From: Octopus vulgaris
Lineage: Eukaryota
DNA: 62,000 nt
Assembly: GCA_951406725.2 (NCBI GenBank)
Contig: OX597814.1
Location: forward strand, 169,280,001-169,342,000
Reading direction: 5' to 3'
The notes beneath the pieces were generated by a model. It saw only the letters and a list, made by a program, of their open reading frames with translations. It was not told the origin of the DNA and did not search any database. The position numbers and the translations under genes were made by a program. Each line of letters starts with the position of its first letter. Within the stretch, counting starts at the first letter, position 1. Below are positions 13,926 through 27,297 of the stretch, piece by piece.

Positions 13926-15258
13926 ATTCTTCAGAATTAACATTTCCAGAATATTCCAAGGAAGAATGATTGGTAACAATATTCATGGAGTTTTTAGAGA
14001 CTATGTTGATGTGGTTACCATAGTATAGGTTCCATATTTCAATGTGAGTTGAAGTGGCAGAATTGCTTTATCTTAGATGAACCTGGGATTTGAAACTTCT
14101 GGTAAGAACTGTACTGTGGGCAAGTTTGAGAGAGCAGCTTGCATTCTACTCAGAATAGGGGTCTGTGTAGAATATAGTGCTTGACTGGAATCAGTATGGG
14201 CACCAACATCACCATCATCATCATCATCATTATCCTCATCACTTTTTTGTTTAGTACCAGGTCAATTAGATTGAGCTGATCTATGGTTAAAAGAGTTATG
14301 ATCGTAACCATCTCATTTTCCGTAGCATTATGTATTTTATTAACAATCAGCAGAAGCTACAAAATGACTCAAGGGCCAAGGGTTTCATGTGTTGGCATTT
14401 ACCTGGAACTAAGTTATCTCATTTGTCCTTCATTTGTATGTAGTTTGAAGAAGATATGGCTGGCTGCTATTTCTAGCTGGTCAGGTGATTAAGTAGAGGC
14501 TTCCGTCTGTGCCCAATTGAACATTTGGTTGTTGCCAACTTTGACTGATCACAATTATAATGAAAGACTTTCCAGTTATGACAGTTTGTATGATGATGGT
14601 GATGATGACAACATGTGTGATTAAGTACATTAACATGTGTGTTTGAATTTGTGTATGTATGTATCTATGGGTGTATATAATAATCACCTCATGGTAAGGT
14701 CACAAGAGGAAGCTATGTGAAACTCACATACATGTATCTTTTATCTTTTACTCATTTCATGCTGGGGCATTGCCTTGAAGGGCTTAGTCAAACAAATTGA
14801 CCCTAGTACTTATTTTCTTCTTTTTCAGCCTGGTATCTATTCTATCAGTATCTTTTGCTGAACCACTATGTTATGGGGACATAAACAAACCAACACTCAT
14901 TGTCAAGTGGTGGTCACACACACACAAACACACACACATTTATATATATATATATACACCATAAATCCTCGAGTATAATCTGCATTTTTTCCCTAAAATT
15001 TAAAGGTCAAAATCCCTAGTGCATATTATACACGAGGTTAAAAATGAAAATGATTTCTAAGTAGTGTCCAAGTCTCTATTTGCTGTCCGGCAATGTTTAT
15101 TCAGATGCATTTTGTGATGTCGGCCACGAAAATACCTTAAGCTAAGCCTGAAAGCAATGAAGTCATTAAAGAATCATCCATAACTTGCAGTAAGCAATAT
15201 TTATTAAACATTATTACTATTATTTCTTTATTTTCTGCAAACAAAATGCACAAAAAAG

Positions 15259-15408
15259 CTAACTTGTGTCAAGGAGGTCTATATAACATCCTTGGTTTGT
15301 AAAAATGTATGCAGTAGCGTACTTTATTATACAATAATAATAAAGTACGCTACTGCATACATTTTTACAAACCAAGGATGTTATATAGACCTCCTTGACA
15401 CAAGTTAG
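15259..15408. repeat. Perfect hairpin, 72-bp arms with 6-nt loop
   Basis: 15259-15330 is the exact reverse complement of 15337-15408; loop acaata. Confidence 0.95.
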
Positions 15409-15445
15409 AGAAGGGGTGCGTATTATACACAAGGTTTAGGTTTTT

Positions 15446-15805
15446 CAGCCAGCCATATCTTCTTCAAACTACATACAAATGAAGGACAAATGAGATAACC
15501 TAGTTCTAGGTAAATTCCAACACATGAAACCCTTGGCCCTTGAGTCATTTTGTAGCTTCTGCTGATTGTTAATAAAATACATAATGTTACGGAAAATGAG
15601 ATGGTTACGATCATAACTCTTTTGACCATAGATCAGCTCAATCTAATTGACCTGGTATTAAACAAAAAAATGATGAGGATAATGATGATGATGATGACGA
15701 TGGTGATGTTGGTGCCCATACTGATTCCAGTCAAGCACTATATTCTACACAGACCCCTATTCTGAGTAGAATGCAAGCTGCTCTCCCAAACTTGCCCACA
15801 GTACA
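15446..15805 (-). repeat. Inverted copy of 14110-14466 inserted inside the MITE
   Basis: Base-by-base reverse-complement match with a few substitutions; near-identical ORFs 14283-14492(+) and 15423-15629(-). Confidence 0.95.
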
Positions 15806-16282
15806 AATCTGCCTTAAAAATCCCCTTCGTATTATACTCAAGGGCAGACTATACTCAAGGATTTACGGTATGTATTCATATATAAAATATACAAGGCACT
15901 TTTTGTCAGATGACTGAAACTAAAAGGTATGTACTTTGAGTGCTCAGTTTGGTACACCACTAAAATTCAAGTATAAATTGCAGTTGAACATGTGATTTTG
16001 CAATTGCCTTTCTAAAGCAGCTAGAAATGCCTTCCCCTTGAGCAGGTGTGTATTGATTAAAAGAGAAATGAAGAAGTAAACAATTTGGTTAGACTTGACA
16101 AGGACATTTAATTTAGCTATATAATATGATATAATACAATATAAAGGTGTATATAGAGATTAAATACACCTTTGTATTGTATTATATATCATTATATAGC
16201 TAAATTAATTGTCCTTGTCAAGTCTCACTAAATTGTTTGCCTCTTCATTTCTGTTTTAATTTATTTTCATATGTACATATAT

Positions 16283-16332
<50 letters not shown>

Positions 16333-16719
16333 CATATATATACATATACATACATACATATATATACATATATATACATATACATACATACAAATATGTA
16401 CATATATATATATAACAGGTTTCTTTCAGCTTTTAAATAATAATAATAATAATGAAATTATTGTGTATAGTGCTCAGGTGCACTACAGCATAAATCCTCT
16501 CACAAGGCTTTGGCCAGCATGGGGTTATAGTAGAAGTCCCCTGCTGAATGTGCCATGCTGTGGGAATGAACCTGGAACCATGTGATTGGGAAGCAGACTT
16601 CTTACCACACAGCCACATCTTGTTCTAGTTTGTAATATTGGTTTTAAATTTTGGCACAAGGCCAGCAACTTCAGGGGAGGGGTGAGTCGATTTCCCTGAC
16701 ACCCCACTCCTCCACTAAT

Positions 16720-17030
16720 GATCAGCTGGTACTTATTTTATCAGCCTTGAAAGGACAAAAGGCAAAGTCGACCTCAGTGGAATTTGAACTCAGAACGTAA
16801 AGACAGATGAAATACTTATTTCTTTATTACCCACAAGGGGCTAAACATAGAGGGGACAAACATGGACAGACATAGGTATTAAGTCGATTATATCAACCCC
16901 AGTGCTTAACTGGTACTTAATTTATCGACCCCGAAAGGATGAAAGGCGGAATTTGAACTCAGAATGTAACGGCAGCTGAAATACCGCTAAGCATTTCGCC
17001 CGACGTGCTAACGATTCTGCCAGCTCGCCG
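16720..17030 (-). mobile_element. tRNA-derived SINE family B (central gactttgcctttcatcctttcggggtcgataaattaagtacc domain), composite copy
   Basis: Matches copies at 22560-22985, 29830-30245, 38420-38655, 45915-46098 and 53510-53755. Confidence 0.8.
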
Positions 17031-17114
17031 CCTTTGATGAAATACTGCTAAGCATTTTGCCTGGCATATCAACGATTCTGCCAACATCTCACCTCTTTTC
17101 AGCTTGTATTATTT

Positions 17115-17485
17115 TGTAGCGGCACAAGCAGTCAGTGCCATATTGGATGAGAACTCGTGGCAGCTATTGCCATCTCCAAGACTGAAGTGAGACCTCACCT
17201 GCATCCATTTGCCATGCGTGAGATCACAACGAGGCTCGCAATGGAAAACTATATAAAGGAAAAACCCGATTCAGATCTCTCTCTTTTGATGCCACCTTCA
17301 CAGCAGCACTGGCTGAACACCACCACTGGCTGGACCTGTCTATAGGTTGTATCTCCAGAGACATTGCTCCCACACTAATGGAGCTACTACACAACGCACA
17401 CAGCTTAAGATGGTAGCTGAAACCTGTAAATAAACCAGTTGTAAATAGCGTTTGTACTTGAAGTCTTCTCTCTTCGCTTGCCAGA
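17115..17485 (+). mobile_element. Solo LTR-like element, copy 1
   Basis: Starts tgtagcggcac; has TATA-like tatataaagg and aataaa; clearly homologous to 46854-47417; 3' end abuts a SINE. Confidence 0.6.
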
Positions 17486-17489
17486 ACCA

Positions 17490-18005
<516 letters not shown>

Positions 18006-18537
18006 GATATGAGTGTTATCATGTGAAATCTATAACCTAGTCACTGATACCTGAGTAGAAACACCTTTGTCTGTCTTCCTGCCTGTCTGTTTACCTTCTC
18101 GCCCATTTGCATACCTAAACATGCACACATATACATACACATATCTTGCATACATGTGCATGTGTATCTGTGCACTGAAGCATAAAATTTTAGTGCATCT
18201 ATAGCAATTTTCACATTAAGTTTTCCAAAGAAAATCTGCCAACCTTAACAGATAACAGTAAATATATGAATGACAAAACAGCTTCACTGATCAAGAATGT
18301 TAATTGTTGCATGAAATTTTCAAGTTTAGTTGATAAATTCCCTTCAGAAGCTCACATCACAACAGTTTTCTGGGCTGTTGTCTTTATTGATCATAAGTGA
18401 CACAGGTTATGAAAGATGACATTTTTTGTCATTTTTCTAAAATTCCACATGTTATGTCTTATATCTTATCTATCTGTTCAATATCATTTTGATGGCATGT
18501 TATTAGAATGGTTCTAATTAGTTGGTCAAACAATGTA

Positions 18538-18781
18538 CAGGGTTGGCCAAAAGTCAGCTGACAGTAAATCAAAACTCTTTTTAATTCCAAGATTAAAACA
18601 AAAAATTATTTTATATGAGACTTTGCTAATAAACAGGCAAATGTTGAAAAAAAAAATATGGTGATTTTTAACTCACATAATTCAATTATTAAACATTCAT
18701 AATTGGAATGAATAAATAAAAGTGAACATTAAGTATTTATGGAATCTTGATTTACTGTTGGGTGACTTTTGGCCAACCCTG
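18538..18781. mobile_element. Tc1/mariner-type MITE (244 bp)
   Basis: TIRs cagggttggccaaaagtca...cagtaaatc / gatttactg...tgacttttggccaaccctg; TA on both sides. Confidence 0.9.
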
Positions 18782-18794
18782 TATATTTGTGTGT

Positions 18795-19215
18795 GTACTC
18801 TTTACTCTTTTACTTGTTTCAGTCATTTGACTGTGGCCATGCTGGAGCACCGCCTTTAGTCGAGCAAATTGACATCACGACTTATTCTTTGTAAGCCTAG
18901 TACTTATTCTATCGGTCTCATTTGCAAAACCGCTAAGTTACGGGAACGTAAACACACCAACACCGGTTGTCAAGCGATGTTGGGGGGGACAAACACGGAC
19001 ACACAAACACACACACACACTCACACACACACACACACACACATATACATATATATGACAGGTTTCTTTCAGTTTCCATCTACCAAATCCACTCACAAGG
19101 CTTTGGTTGGCCCAAGGCTACAGTAGAAGACACTTGCCCAAGGTGTCATGCAGTGGGACTGAATCCAGACCATGTGGTTTGTAAGCAAGCTACTTACCAC
19201 AAAGCCACTCCTATG
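18795..19215 (-). mobile_element. SINE family A, near full length
   Basis: Same organisation as the other family A copies; internal (CA)n. Confidence 0.85.
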
Positions 19216-19377
19216 CCTATGTGTGTGTATATAAATATATATGTATGTGTATATATATATGTGTGTGTATATATGTGTATATATGTGTATGTATGTATGT
19301 GTACATGTGTGTATATGTGTATGTATTTGTATATATGTGTGTGTATATATGTATCTATATATATGTGTGTGTGTATA

Positions 19378-19700
19378 TGAGGTGGTATTAAAAAGTTTCC
19401 AGACTAGTTATGTTTAATAAAAAAATAACTTATGTACCTAAGTTTTAGCATCATCACCTTCCACAGCAATACACTGGTCCCAGCATTCCTGGCACTTTTG
19501 AAATCCAGTCTGGAAGACGTTTTCCGTAAGTGAGTTGATTACTATGTGTAGGGTGTGGTTGAGAAATTCACCAACCACTCTGCTGGAAATACCAAGGCTG
19601 AGCTAGTGACCAAGATGAAGGAGGTGTTTGAAGATCTCAGGAACACAGTGAAGAATTCATGCACCAGGTTCCAGGGCCTGAGAGCAGCTACGTTGAGCAT
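19378..19700. mobile_element. Mariner-like terminal fragment plus Tc1/mariner transposase C-terminal scrap
   Basis: tgaggtggtattaaaaagtttccagact is TIR-like; + strand VEKFTNHSAGNTKAELVTKMKEVFEDLRNTVKNSCTRF resembles transposase C-terminal helices. Confidence 0.5.
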
Positions 19701-19829
19701 ACAGCTATCTGCCTGCCACAATCTATTTGATAATTTTTTTTGATCTTTTAAAAATACTTTTCTCTGTCAGAGGATCTTTGTCTTGCATGTTACTTAGTAA
19801 CCCTTGGTAACCCTGCAGTGTTTCATGCC

Positions 19830-20334
19830 ACACAAAAAGCAACCAGTCCACACTGCAAAGTGGTTGGCATTTGAAAGGGCATCCAGCTTTAAAAACCATG
19901 CTGAAACTATACTTATGACACATGAAAACACTCTCTCCACCCTGTGGGGTGGTTGATGTTAGGAAGAGCTGTAAAAAACCATGCCAAAACTGACCTCACC
20001 TGTGCTTGTGCCATATAAAAAGTACTCTGTTCACCTTGCTGGGTGGTTGGTGTCTGGAAAAGTATTCAGCTGTAAAAACCATTCCTAAATTGACCTCACC
20101 TGCACTTAAGCCACATGAAAAGCACTCTAACCACCCTGCTGGGTGGTTGGTGTTAGGAAGAGCATCCAACTGTAAAAACTGTGTCAAAACTAACCTCACC
20201 GGTTTTGTGCCATGTAAAAAGCACACTGTTCACCTGGTTGGGTGGTTGGTGTTAGGAAGAGCATCCAACTGTAAAAACCTAGCCAGCTCCTGTCAAGCTG
20301 TCCAACCCATGCCAACACAGAAGGTGGATCTTAA

Positions 20335-20340
<6 letters not shown>
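19830..20340 (+). repeat. RTE 3'-tail derivative with 4-5 tandem ~90-100 bp subrepeats
   Basis: gggtggttggtgttaggaag...ctgtaaaaac recurs near 19860, 19947, 20041, 20140 and 20241, then the tail and (GAT)n. Confidence 0.75.
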
Positions 20341-20384
<44 letters not shown>

Positions 20385-21790
20385 GGTGGTGGTGGTGGTG
20401 GTGATGATGATGATGATGATGAGGAGGAGGATGAAGAGGAAGAGGAGGATGATGAAGAGGAAGGGGAGGATGAAGAGGAAGTGGAGGATGAAGAGGAAGA
20501 GGAGGAGGAGCATGAGGATGATGATGAGGATGATGAGGAGGTTGAAGATGAGGATGAGGAGGACAGGATATTGTGTTTCTTTTTTCCCTTTATGCAAGCT
20601 GTCAAATTTAACCCGGACATCTTGTGATGCTGGTCATGGTGGAAGCGAGCCCCGTTGGCAGAGACATTGTAAAGGTCGAGTGGACCCTTTCTTGTCTGCG
20701 AGAATGTGTACGGATATCAGAGTACATTTTGTTTTTGTGTTGTATATGTGTATGTATGTGTGTGTGTGTAACTGTCTTTATGATGTTGAGCACTACTCTG
20801 TGCATGTGTGTATGTGTGTGTGTATGTGTGTGTGTGCATGTGTGTATGTGTGTGCATGTGTTTGTGTGTGTGTGTGTGTATGTGTGTGTGCATGTGTGTT
20901 TGTGTGTGTGTGCGTGTGTTTGTGTGTGTGTGTGTTTGTGTGCGTGTGTGTGTGTGTGTGTGTGCGTGCACATGTGTGTGTATGTGTAATTCATGGTTGC
21001 ACACACTTTATAGTCTTGAGCAATCATGCGTGTGTTTTTGGGGGTGTGTCTTTGTGCCTTTGTTGTTGCTACTGTTGTAGTGTTTATTTATTTATTTATT
21101 TATTCCTTTTTGTGCTTATTTTTCTGTCAGTTGGGTTAAATATAAGCTTGCAGTGGCGGCAATAGATAAAAGTAGATGGATATGTATGGGTGTGAGTGGT
21201 GAATGTGTGTGCTTTGTTGTAGTTCGTCATTTATAGTTTATTCAATTGCGATGATGCCTTTGTCTGTGCATGTCTGTCTGTGTGTGTGTGTGTGTGTGTT
21301 TGGGGTGTGTTTGGTGTGTATGTGTCATGTAGGTGTGCATTTGGTGTGTGTGTGTGTTTGGTGTGTGTGTGTGTGTATGTATGTGTATTTGGAGTTTTGT
21401 GTGTGCTTGCTGTGTGTGTGTGTGTGTGTGTGCATGTGTGTATGTGTATTTGGAGTTTGGTGTGTGTGTGTGTTTGGTGTAGATGTGTGTTTGGTCTGTA
21501 TGTGTCATGATGTGTGTGTGTGGGTATGTTTGGTGTGAATATGTGTTTGGTGTATATGTGTGTGTGTGTGTGTGTGCGTGTGTTAGGTGTGTGTGTGTAT
21601 GTGTGTGAGGGTGTGTCTATTCATATCTACTAAGTTCTAGATATTTTTCACATACATATACATGTACCAATATACTCATACATTCACAGATACAAGTACA
21701 TATTGCAGCTCTACATGAGCACACACACACACACACATACACACACACACGCACACATACACACACCCGCTCGTGCGCGCACGCACACAC
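20335..21790. repeat. Compound (GAT)(GGT)(GAG) trinucleotide and (GT)n low-complexity tracts
   Basis: Read directly from the sequence. Confidence 0.9.
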
Positions 21791-22150
21791 ACATACACAC
21801 ATACACATTTTCCCTCTGTCTCCTTATTTCTCATTTGATTGTTTTATTTGAAATGGGACTACAATGCGGCTAAATTGCTATCATTACAATATTGTTATTA
21901 CTATTATTTATCCCTGGGATTAGGGTTCATGCTGTTACCCCACTTGTTCTTTCCGCTGAATTCAGTGCCCTTTGTTATGCAGATGGATTCAGTAATTTAT
22001 CCGAGGGACAAAACCTGCAAGTGAATAAATCGCATTTTTTCTAACCTTGCTTACTGATTAAAATGAAAAAGGTTACTCCAAATTTTAATTAAGGTTATTT
22101 AAACTTGAAATATAGTGAAGAGCAGATCAGATCTTTAGAAGTATAGTGAC

Positions 22151-22198
22151 AACTCCAGACATGTTTCAGTCTTGTTAGACCTCATCAGCAAAGCGTTA
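22151..22198 (-). ncRNA. Putative type I hammerhead with intact core and decayed stem I
   Basis: Minus strand ctttg-CTGATGA-ggtc-taacaa-gact-GAAAC-AT-GTC-tggag; palindromic ACATGT stem III; GTC site; stem I is mostly G-U pairs. Confidence 0.6.
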
Positions 22199-22559
22199 TC
22201 TAACTATCACTGCAAACCTTAGATGGATAGAGAATGTATATGATTTCTGTGAATGAAAACGGGTACATTCATGGTTGTGTGGTCAAAAAGCCTGCTTCTC
22301 AGCTATGTAGCTTCGGGATGAATCCCATTGTGTGGAACCTGGGGCAAGTGTCTTCTACTTCATCTCCAGGCTGGATTTGGTAGACAGAAACTGAAAGAAG
22401 CCTGTAGTATATATGTATGTTTGTGTGCATGTTTATGTGTGTGTATGTGTGTGTGTGTGTGTGTGTGTGAGAAAGTTAGCATCTCCTTGCTTTGCATGAT
22501 GGTTGTAAATGTGTGTCACTGTTATACAACACTGACATTCATTTCCAATCTTCTTTTCT

Positions 22560-22985
22560 ACTCTAGGCACAAGGCCAAAAATTTTTGGGGAGGAGGCCAG
22601 TCGATTAGATCGACCTCAGTACACAGCTGGTACTTAATTTATTGACCCCAAAAGTATGAAAGGCAAAGTCGACTTCGGCGGCATTTGAACTCATAACATA
22701 AAGACAGCTGAAATACTGATAAACATTTCACCCGGTGTGCTAACGTTTCTTATTTCTTTATTGTCCACAAGGGGCTGAACATAGAGGGGACAAACAAGGA
22801 CAGACAAAAGGATTAAGTCAATTAGATCGACCCCAGTGTGTAACTGGTACTTAATTTATCGACCCCGAAAGGATGAAAAGCAAAGTTGACCTCGGCGGAA
22901 TTTGAACTCAGAATGCAACAGCAGACGAAACACCACTAAGCATTTCGCCCGGCTTGCTAACGTTTCTGCCAGCTTGCCACCTATG
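22560..22985 (-). mobile_element. SINE family B cluster
   Basis: Two nested or partial copies, including the tail ttctttattgtccacaaggggct on the + strand. Confidence 0.8.
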
Positions 22986-24450
22986 CCATGGGGAAATATT
23001 ATCTTACTTGGAAACAGGTGAGGATTAATAAGAAGAGCATCTAGCTACAGAAAATCTGCCTCAACAAATTCCATCTGATCCATGCAGACATAGAAAAGTA
23101 GACATTAAAATCCCTTTACACAAAGCCTGAAACTTGTGCGGGAGGGCTGTCAATTTTATTGACCCCTAAAAGGATGAAAGGCAGAGTCAACCCTGGTAGG
23201 ATTTGAATTCAGAATGTAAGGATGGACGAAATGCCACTAAGCATTTTGCTTGGCATGCTAATGATTCTAACAGCTCGTCACCTTTAAAGTAGATGTTAAA
23301 ATAACGATGATGACAAAGACAATGATGATAATGAACAGAGAGGCATTAGAGATTTTAAAAGTAGCCAGAGCAAAAATACCCTGGGATGCCTATTGAAACC
23401 TCGGCAGCATAGTACAAGCATACTTGTAGCAAGCCAAGAAATTTTGATTAATTAGATATGAAATGCAGTGGAGAATGTGCGTGATCTTTAGCAGTAGATC
23501 ATCATCATCATCGTTTAACGTCCGTTTTCCATGCTAGTATGGGTTGGACGATTTTGAATGAGGGCTGGCACCAGATGGCTGCACCAGGCTCCAGTCTTGA
23601 TCTGGCAGAGTTTCTACAGCTGGATGCTCTTCCTGATGCCAACCACTCTGAGAATGTAGGGGGTGCTTTTTACATGCCACCGGCACGGGGGCCAGTCAGG
23701 CGGTACTGGCAATGACCTCGCTCGAATCTTTTTACACGTGCCAGTGAAGATATAGACTGATAATGGTGATACTGCAAATGAAATCAGATAAGCTATGAGT
23801 GATAAACTGCAATAAAGCTTGTAGACATGTGTCCACATCTACACTGTATCTACTGTTATGTACTGTCACCACTGGTAACTTAAATCTAACACAGTTGACA
23901 GGTCAATAAACAATAGCAGGGAACAACAAAAGCAACTGCAATGAAAAAAGCACCAGCAATGAAATTCACACTTAAACATGTATGTAGACACAGACGCAAA
24001 TATGCGTAAGAGCTGCATTGAAAAGATGCAATACCACTAAAATTACACGCACACACACATACACACACACACATGCACAATACAAACATAATAATCACAT
24101 ATTCACAAATACATACACATATTTGCACACGCAGTCTCTCACCTCCCACCACCATCACTAGTAAGTACACAGAGACCAAACAGAGACTGAAATCAGTCAC
24201 GGAGAAGTCGTTATAAAGGCTGCAGACATAAATTAAAGACTTTGACAAATGAATCAATTAACAAAGATGTGATCTACAACAAATACATGTATTTTTATTG
24301 GCAGAATAATCCTCCTCAAACCTAACAATAACTGTTTCAACATAACGATTTAACATCACGAATCTTGTGACACAAAAAACGCAAAATGCGTAAAGTACAT
24401 GTATGCAAGTTTATAATATATATATACATATTTGAGCAAGCGTGTGCATG

Positions 24451-24512
<62 letters not shown>

Positions 24513-24607
24513 CATATTTAATAGATTCAGATGAATATGGTACTTAAGTTAAAGGCACCAGAATTTTGTATGGTATTATCCATATAATTCAAAATTGGGT
24601 GATTACA

Positions 24608-24694
24608 ATCAAAATAAGCAACAAGGATATCCAGAGGTAATGCAGTACTGCATTATTGTACTGCATTACCTCTGGATATCCTTGTTGCTTATTT

Positions 24695-24698
<4 letters not shown>
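24608..24698. repeat. Perfect hairpin, 41-bp arms with 9-nt loop
   Basis: 24608-24648 is the reverse complement of 24658-24698. Confidence 0.95.
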
Positions 24699-24746
<48 letters not shown>

Positions 24747-24928
24747 AAAGGGCTTAGTAAAATAAATTACTTTGCCACATACTGAACTCATTAGAAATAG
24801 TAGCTAAAAAAACTTTTTTAAAACTATTTCTAATACTTAAAGAAAATCTCTCTCATATAGTGTTTGCTCAACTCAACCCACGAAAGTATGGGGGTAAAGA
24901 CATTAAAAAATCAAATGCAAAGGTTATT

Positions 24929-24980
24929 TGAGAACGTACGTTTCTAGATTAGTCAACTCGACATTTCTATCATCAGCTCA
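24929..24980 (-). ncRNA. Putative type I hammerhead (left arm of palindrome)
   Basis: Exact mirror of 25190-25241. Confidence 0.7.
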
Positions 24981-25189
24981 GAACTCCTTGGTTTGGATTT
25001 GAAAACACTGAAAGTGGGAGCATACCCTTTCGGCTTCTTATCGCTTCTGAAGATCTGCTCGAAACTAACAGTGCCAGCAAACTCAAAGTTTGCTGGCACT
25101 GTTAGTTTCGAGCAGATCTTCAGAAGCGATAAGAAGCCGAAAGGGTATGCTCCCACTTTCAGTGTTTTCAAATCCAAACCAAGGAGTTC

Positions 25190-25241
25190 TGAGCTGATGA
25201 TAGAAATGTCGAGTTGACTAATCTAGAAACGTACGTTCTCA
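25190..25241 (+). ncRNA. Putative type I hammerhead (right arm of palindrome)
   Basis: Stem I tgag/ctca; CTGATGA 25194-200; stem II taga..tcta with inner gtc/gac; GAAAC 25226-30; palindromic stem III AACGTACGTT; GTT site. Confidence 0.7.
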
Positions 25242-25520
25242 AATAACCTTTGCATTTGATTTTTTAATGTCTTTACCCACATACTTTCGTGGGTTGAGTT
25301 GAGCAAACACTATATGAGAGAGATTTTTAAGTATTAGAAATAGTTTTAAAAAGTTTTTTTAGCTACTATTTCTAATGAGTTCAGTATGTGGCAAAGTAAT
25401 TTATTTTACTAAGCCCTTTTATATAATGTAATAATTTGAATTTGCCTTAAATGGTCCCTTTGCATACTGAATACTTGGTGAAATTGATTAATAATTAATT
25501 AATTTTACCCTCAATTGTTG

Positions 25521-25557
<37 letters not shown>

Positions 25558-25670
25558 TGTATATATACATATATTAATAGTAATGGTAAGACAACAAAAG
25601 AATGAAAGAGATTTCGATATTATGTAAATAGAGGAATTTATCTGTAATATAATATGTGACAATTATTCGG

Positions 25671-25745
25671 TTGCCATAACAAAACTCTGAGTTTCAGATG
25701 TTGGAGTAGAAACCTGCTCCAGCATCTTTTCAGTTATCAAGGCAA
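25671..25745 (-). ncRNA. Degenerate hammerhead (left arm of 1.7-kb foldback)
   Basis: ttgccttgataa-CTGAAAA-13-bp stem II-tGAAAC-TCAGAG-TT-ttgttatggcaa; core G8 replaced by A. Confidence 0.55.
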
Positions 25746-27222
25746 TCAAAATATGCTATGAAAATGACCATTAAACAAAGTGAAATTACTATGTAACTGA
25801 CCGTTATTACAACAAAAGAGCTATTAGAATGATCGTTAAATAAGGGAAAAAAGCGAAGGGGAGGAAGTAAAAAGTAAAGGAGTAAAAAAGCTCATAGCAT
25901 TCGTATATGTGTGCATGTACATACATACACAGGCATGCACGCACACCCATGTGCATGTGCCTATATGCATATGCACACTCACATGAAACACACATATGCC
26001 AATAGATGCACATATATATGCAACCATGCATGTACACATATATATCCACACACACGTGCTCACATACATGTGCACATACCCATATGCATACAGTTATATT
26101 CAAATACACATCTAAAAATATGCAGATGCTATATGCCCACTCACACCCTTGTGGAACACATGCATGTACACCTACATATATATGCAACCATACACATGTA
26201 CATATACACGCACATATATACATACTCACACACACAAACATGCACGATGTACACATATGTATATCCACACACACATGCACATGCACACACATGTGCACAT
26301 ACCCATACATGCACAGTTATATTTAAATGCATGTCTAAAATACGTGCATGCTATATATGCATATGCTCACTCACACTCATGTGGAACACTCACATGTATA
26401 CCCACATATATATATGCAACCATACACATATACATATATACATACCCGCACACATGCATACACACACGTGCACACAAAAAAGTTCATATACATGTCTTTA
26501 TATGCACATGCGCAAGAAAAATGCAGAGTGAAAGGTAAAATACAGAAAAATGTGTAAAAATATATGAAGCAATAAAAATATAAAAATATATCTCTATAAA
26601 TATGTAAAAAATGTATAAAAAATATGTACAAAATATGTGTAGGTATGTACACGTGTGTGTGTGTGTGCATCTGTGTGTGCAGATATACATATGTGTACAT
26701 CATGCATGTGTGTGTGTGTGCAGATATGTATATATGTACATGTGTACAGTTGCATATATATATGTGGGTGTACATGCATGTGTTCCACGCAAGTGTGAGT
26801 GAGGATATCGCATGTGCGTGTTTTTAGAACTGTATTTGAATATATCTGTGTGCATATGGGTATGTGCACGTGTGTGTGTGTGCGTGCCTGTGTGTGGATA
26901 TGTATATGTGTACATGCATGGTTGCATATATATGTACATCTGTTGGTGTATGTGTGCATGCGCATGTCTGTGTTTCATGTGAGTGTGAGTGAGCATATGC
27001 ATATAGGTACATGTATGTGGGTGTGTGTGCGTGCCTGTGTATGTATGTACATGCATGCATGCATGATTGCTACGAGCATTTTTATTCCTTTACTTTTTTT
27101 ACTTTCTCCCCTTCGGTTTTCCCCTTATTTAACGGTCATTCTAATAGCTCTTTTGTCTTCATAACGGTCAGTTACATAGTAATTTCTCTTTGTTTGATGG
27201 TCATTTTCATAGCATATTTTGA

Positions 27223-27297
27223 TTGCCTTGATAACTGAAGAGATGTCTGAGCAGGTTTCCGCCCTGAGATCCGAAACTCAGAGTTTTATTATGGCAA
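27223..27297 (+). ncRNA. Putative type I hammerhead (right arm of 1.7-kb foldback)
   Basis: Stem I ttgccttgataa/ttattatggcaa (11 of 12 pairs including G-U); CTGAAGA 27235-41; imperfect stem II; GAAAC 27273-77; stem III CTC-A-GAG; GTT site. Confidence 0.65.

Larger units (their letters stand above)
14959..15868. mobile_element. Tc2/pogo-like MITE, internally rearranged
   Basis: TIRs ccataaatcctcgagtata / tatactcaaggatttacgg, TA on the right, subterminal gtattatacacgagg-like repeats. Confidence 0.8.
24739..25427. mobile_element. Near-perfect 689-bp palindromic (foldback) element
   Basis: Arms 24739-25083 and 25087-25427, loop caa; I count one substitution and two small indels (1 and 3 nt); abuts a (TA)n run. 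Confidence 0.95.

Noticed and set aside
20335-21165. 276-aa ORF with poly-M/V/R and CV repeats
   Set aside because: Microsatellite translation.
24953-25217. Mirror-image 74-aa ORFs on both strands
   Set aside because: A consequence of the palindrome; no recognisable protein.
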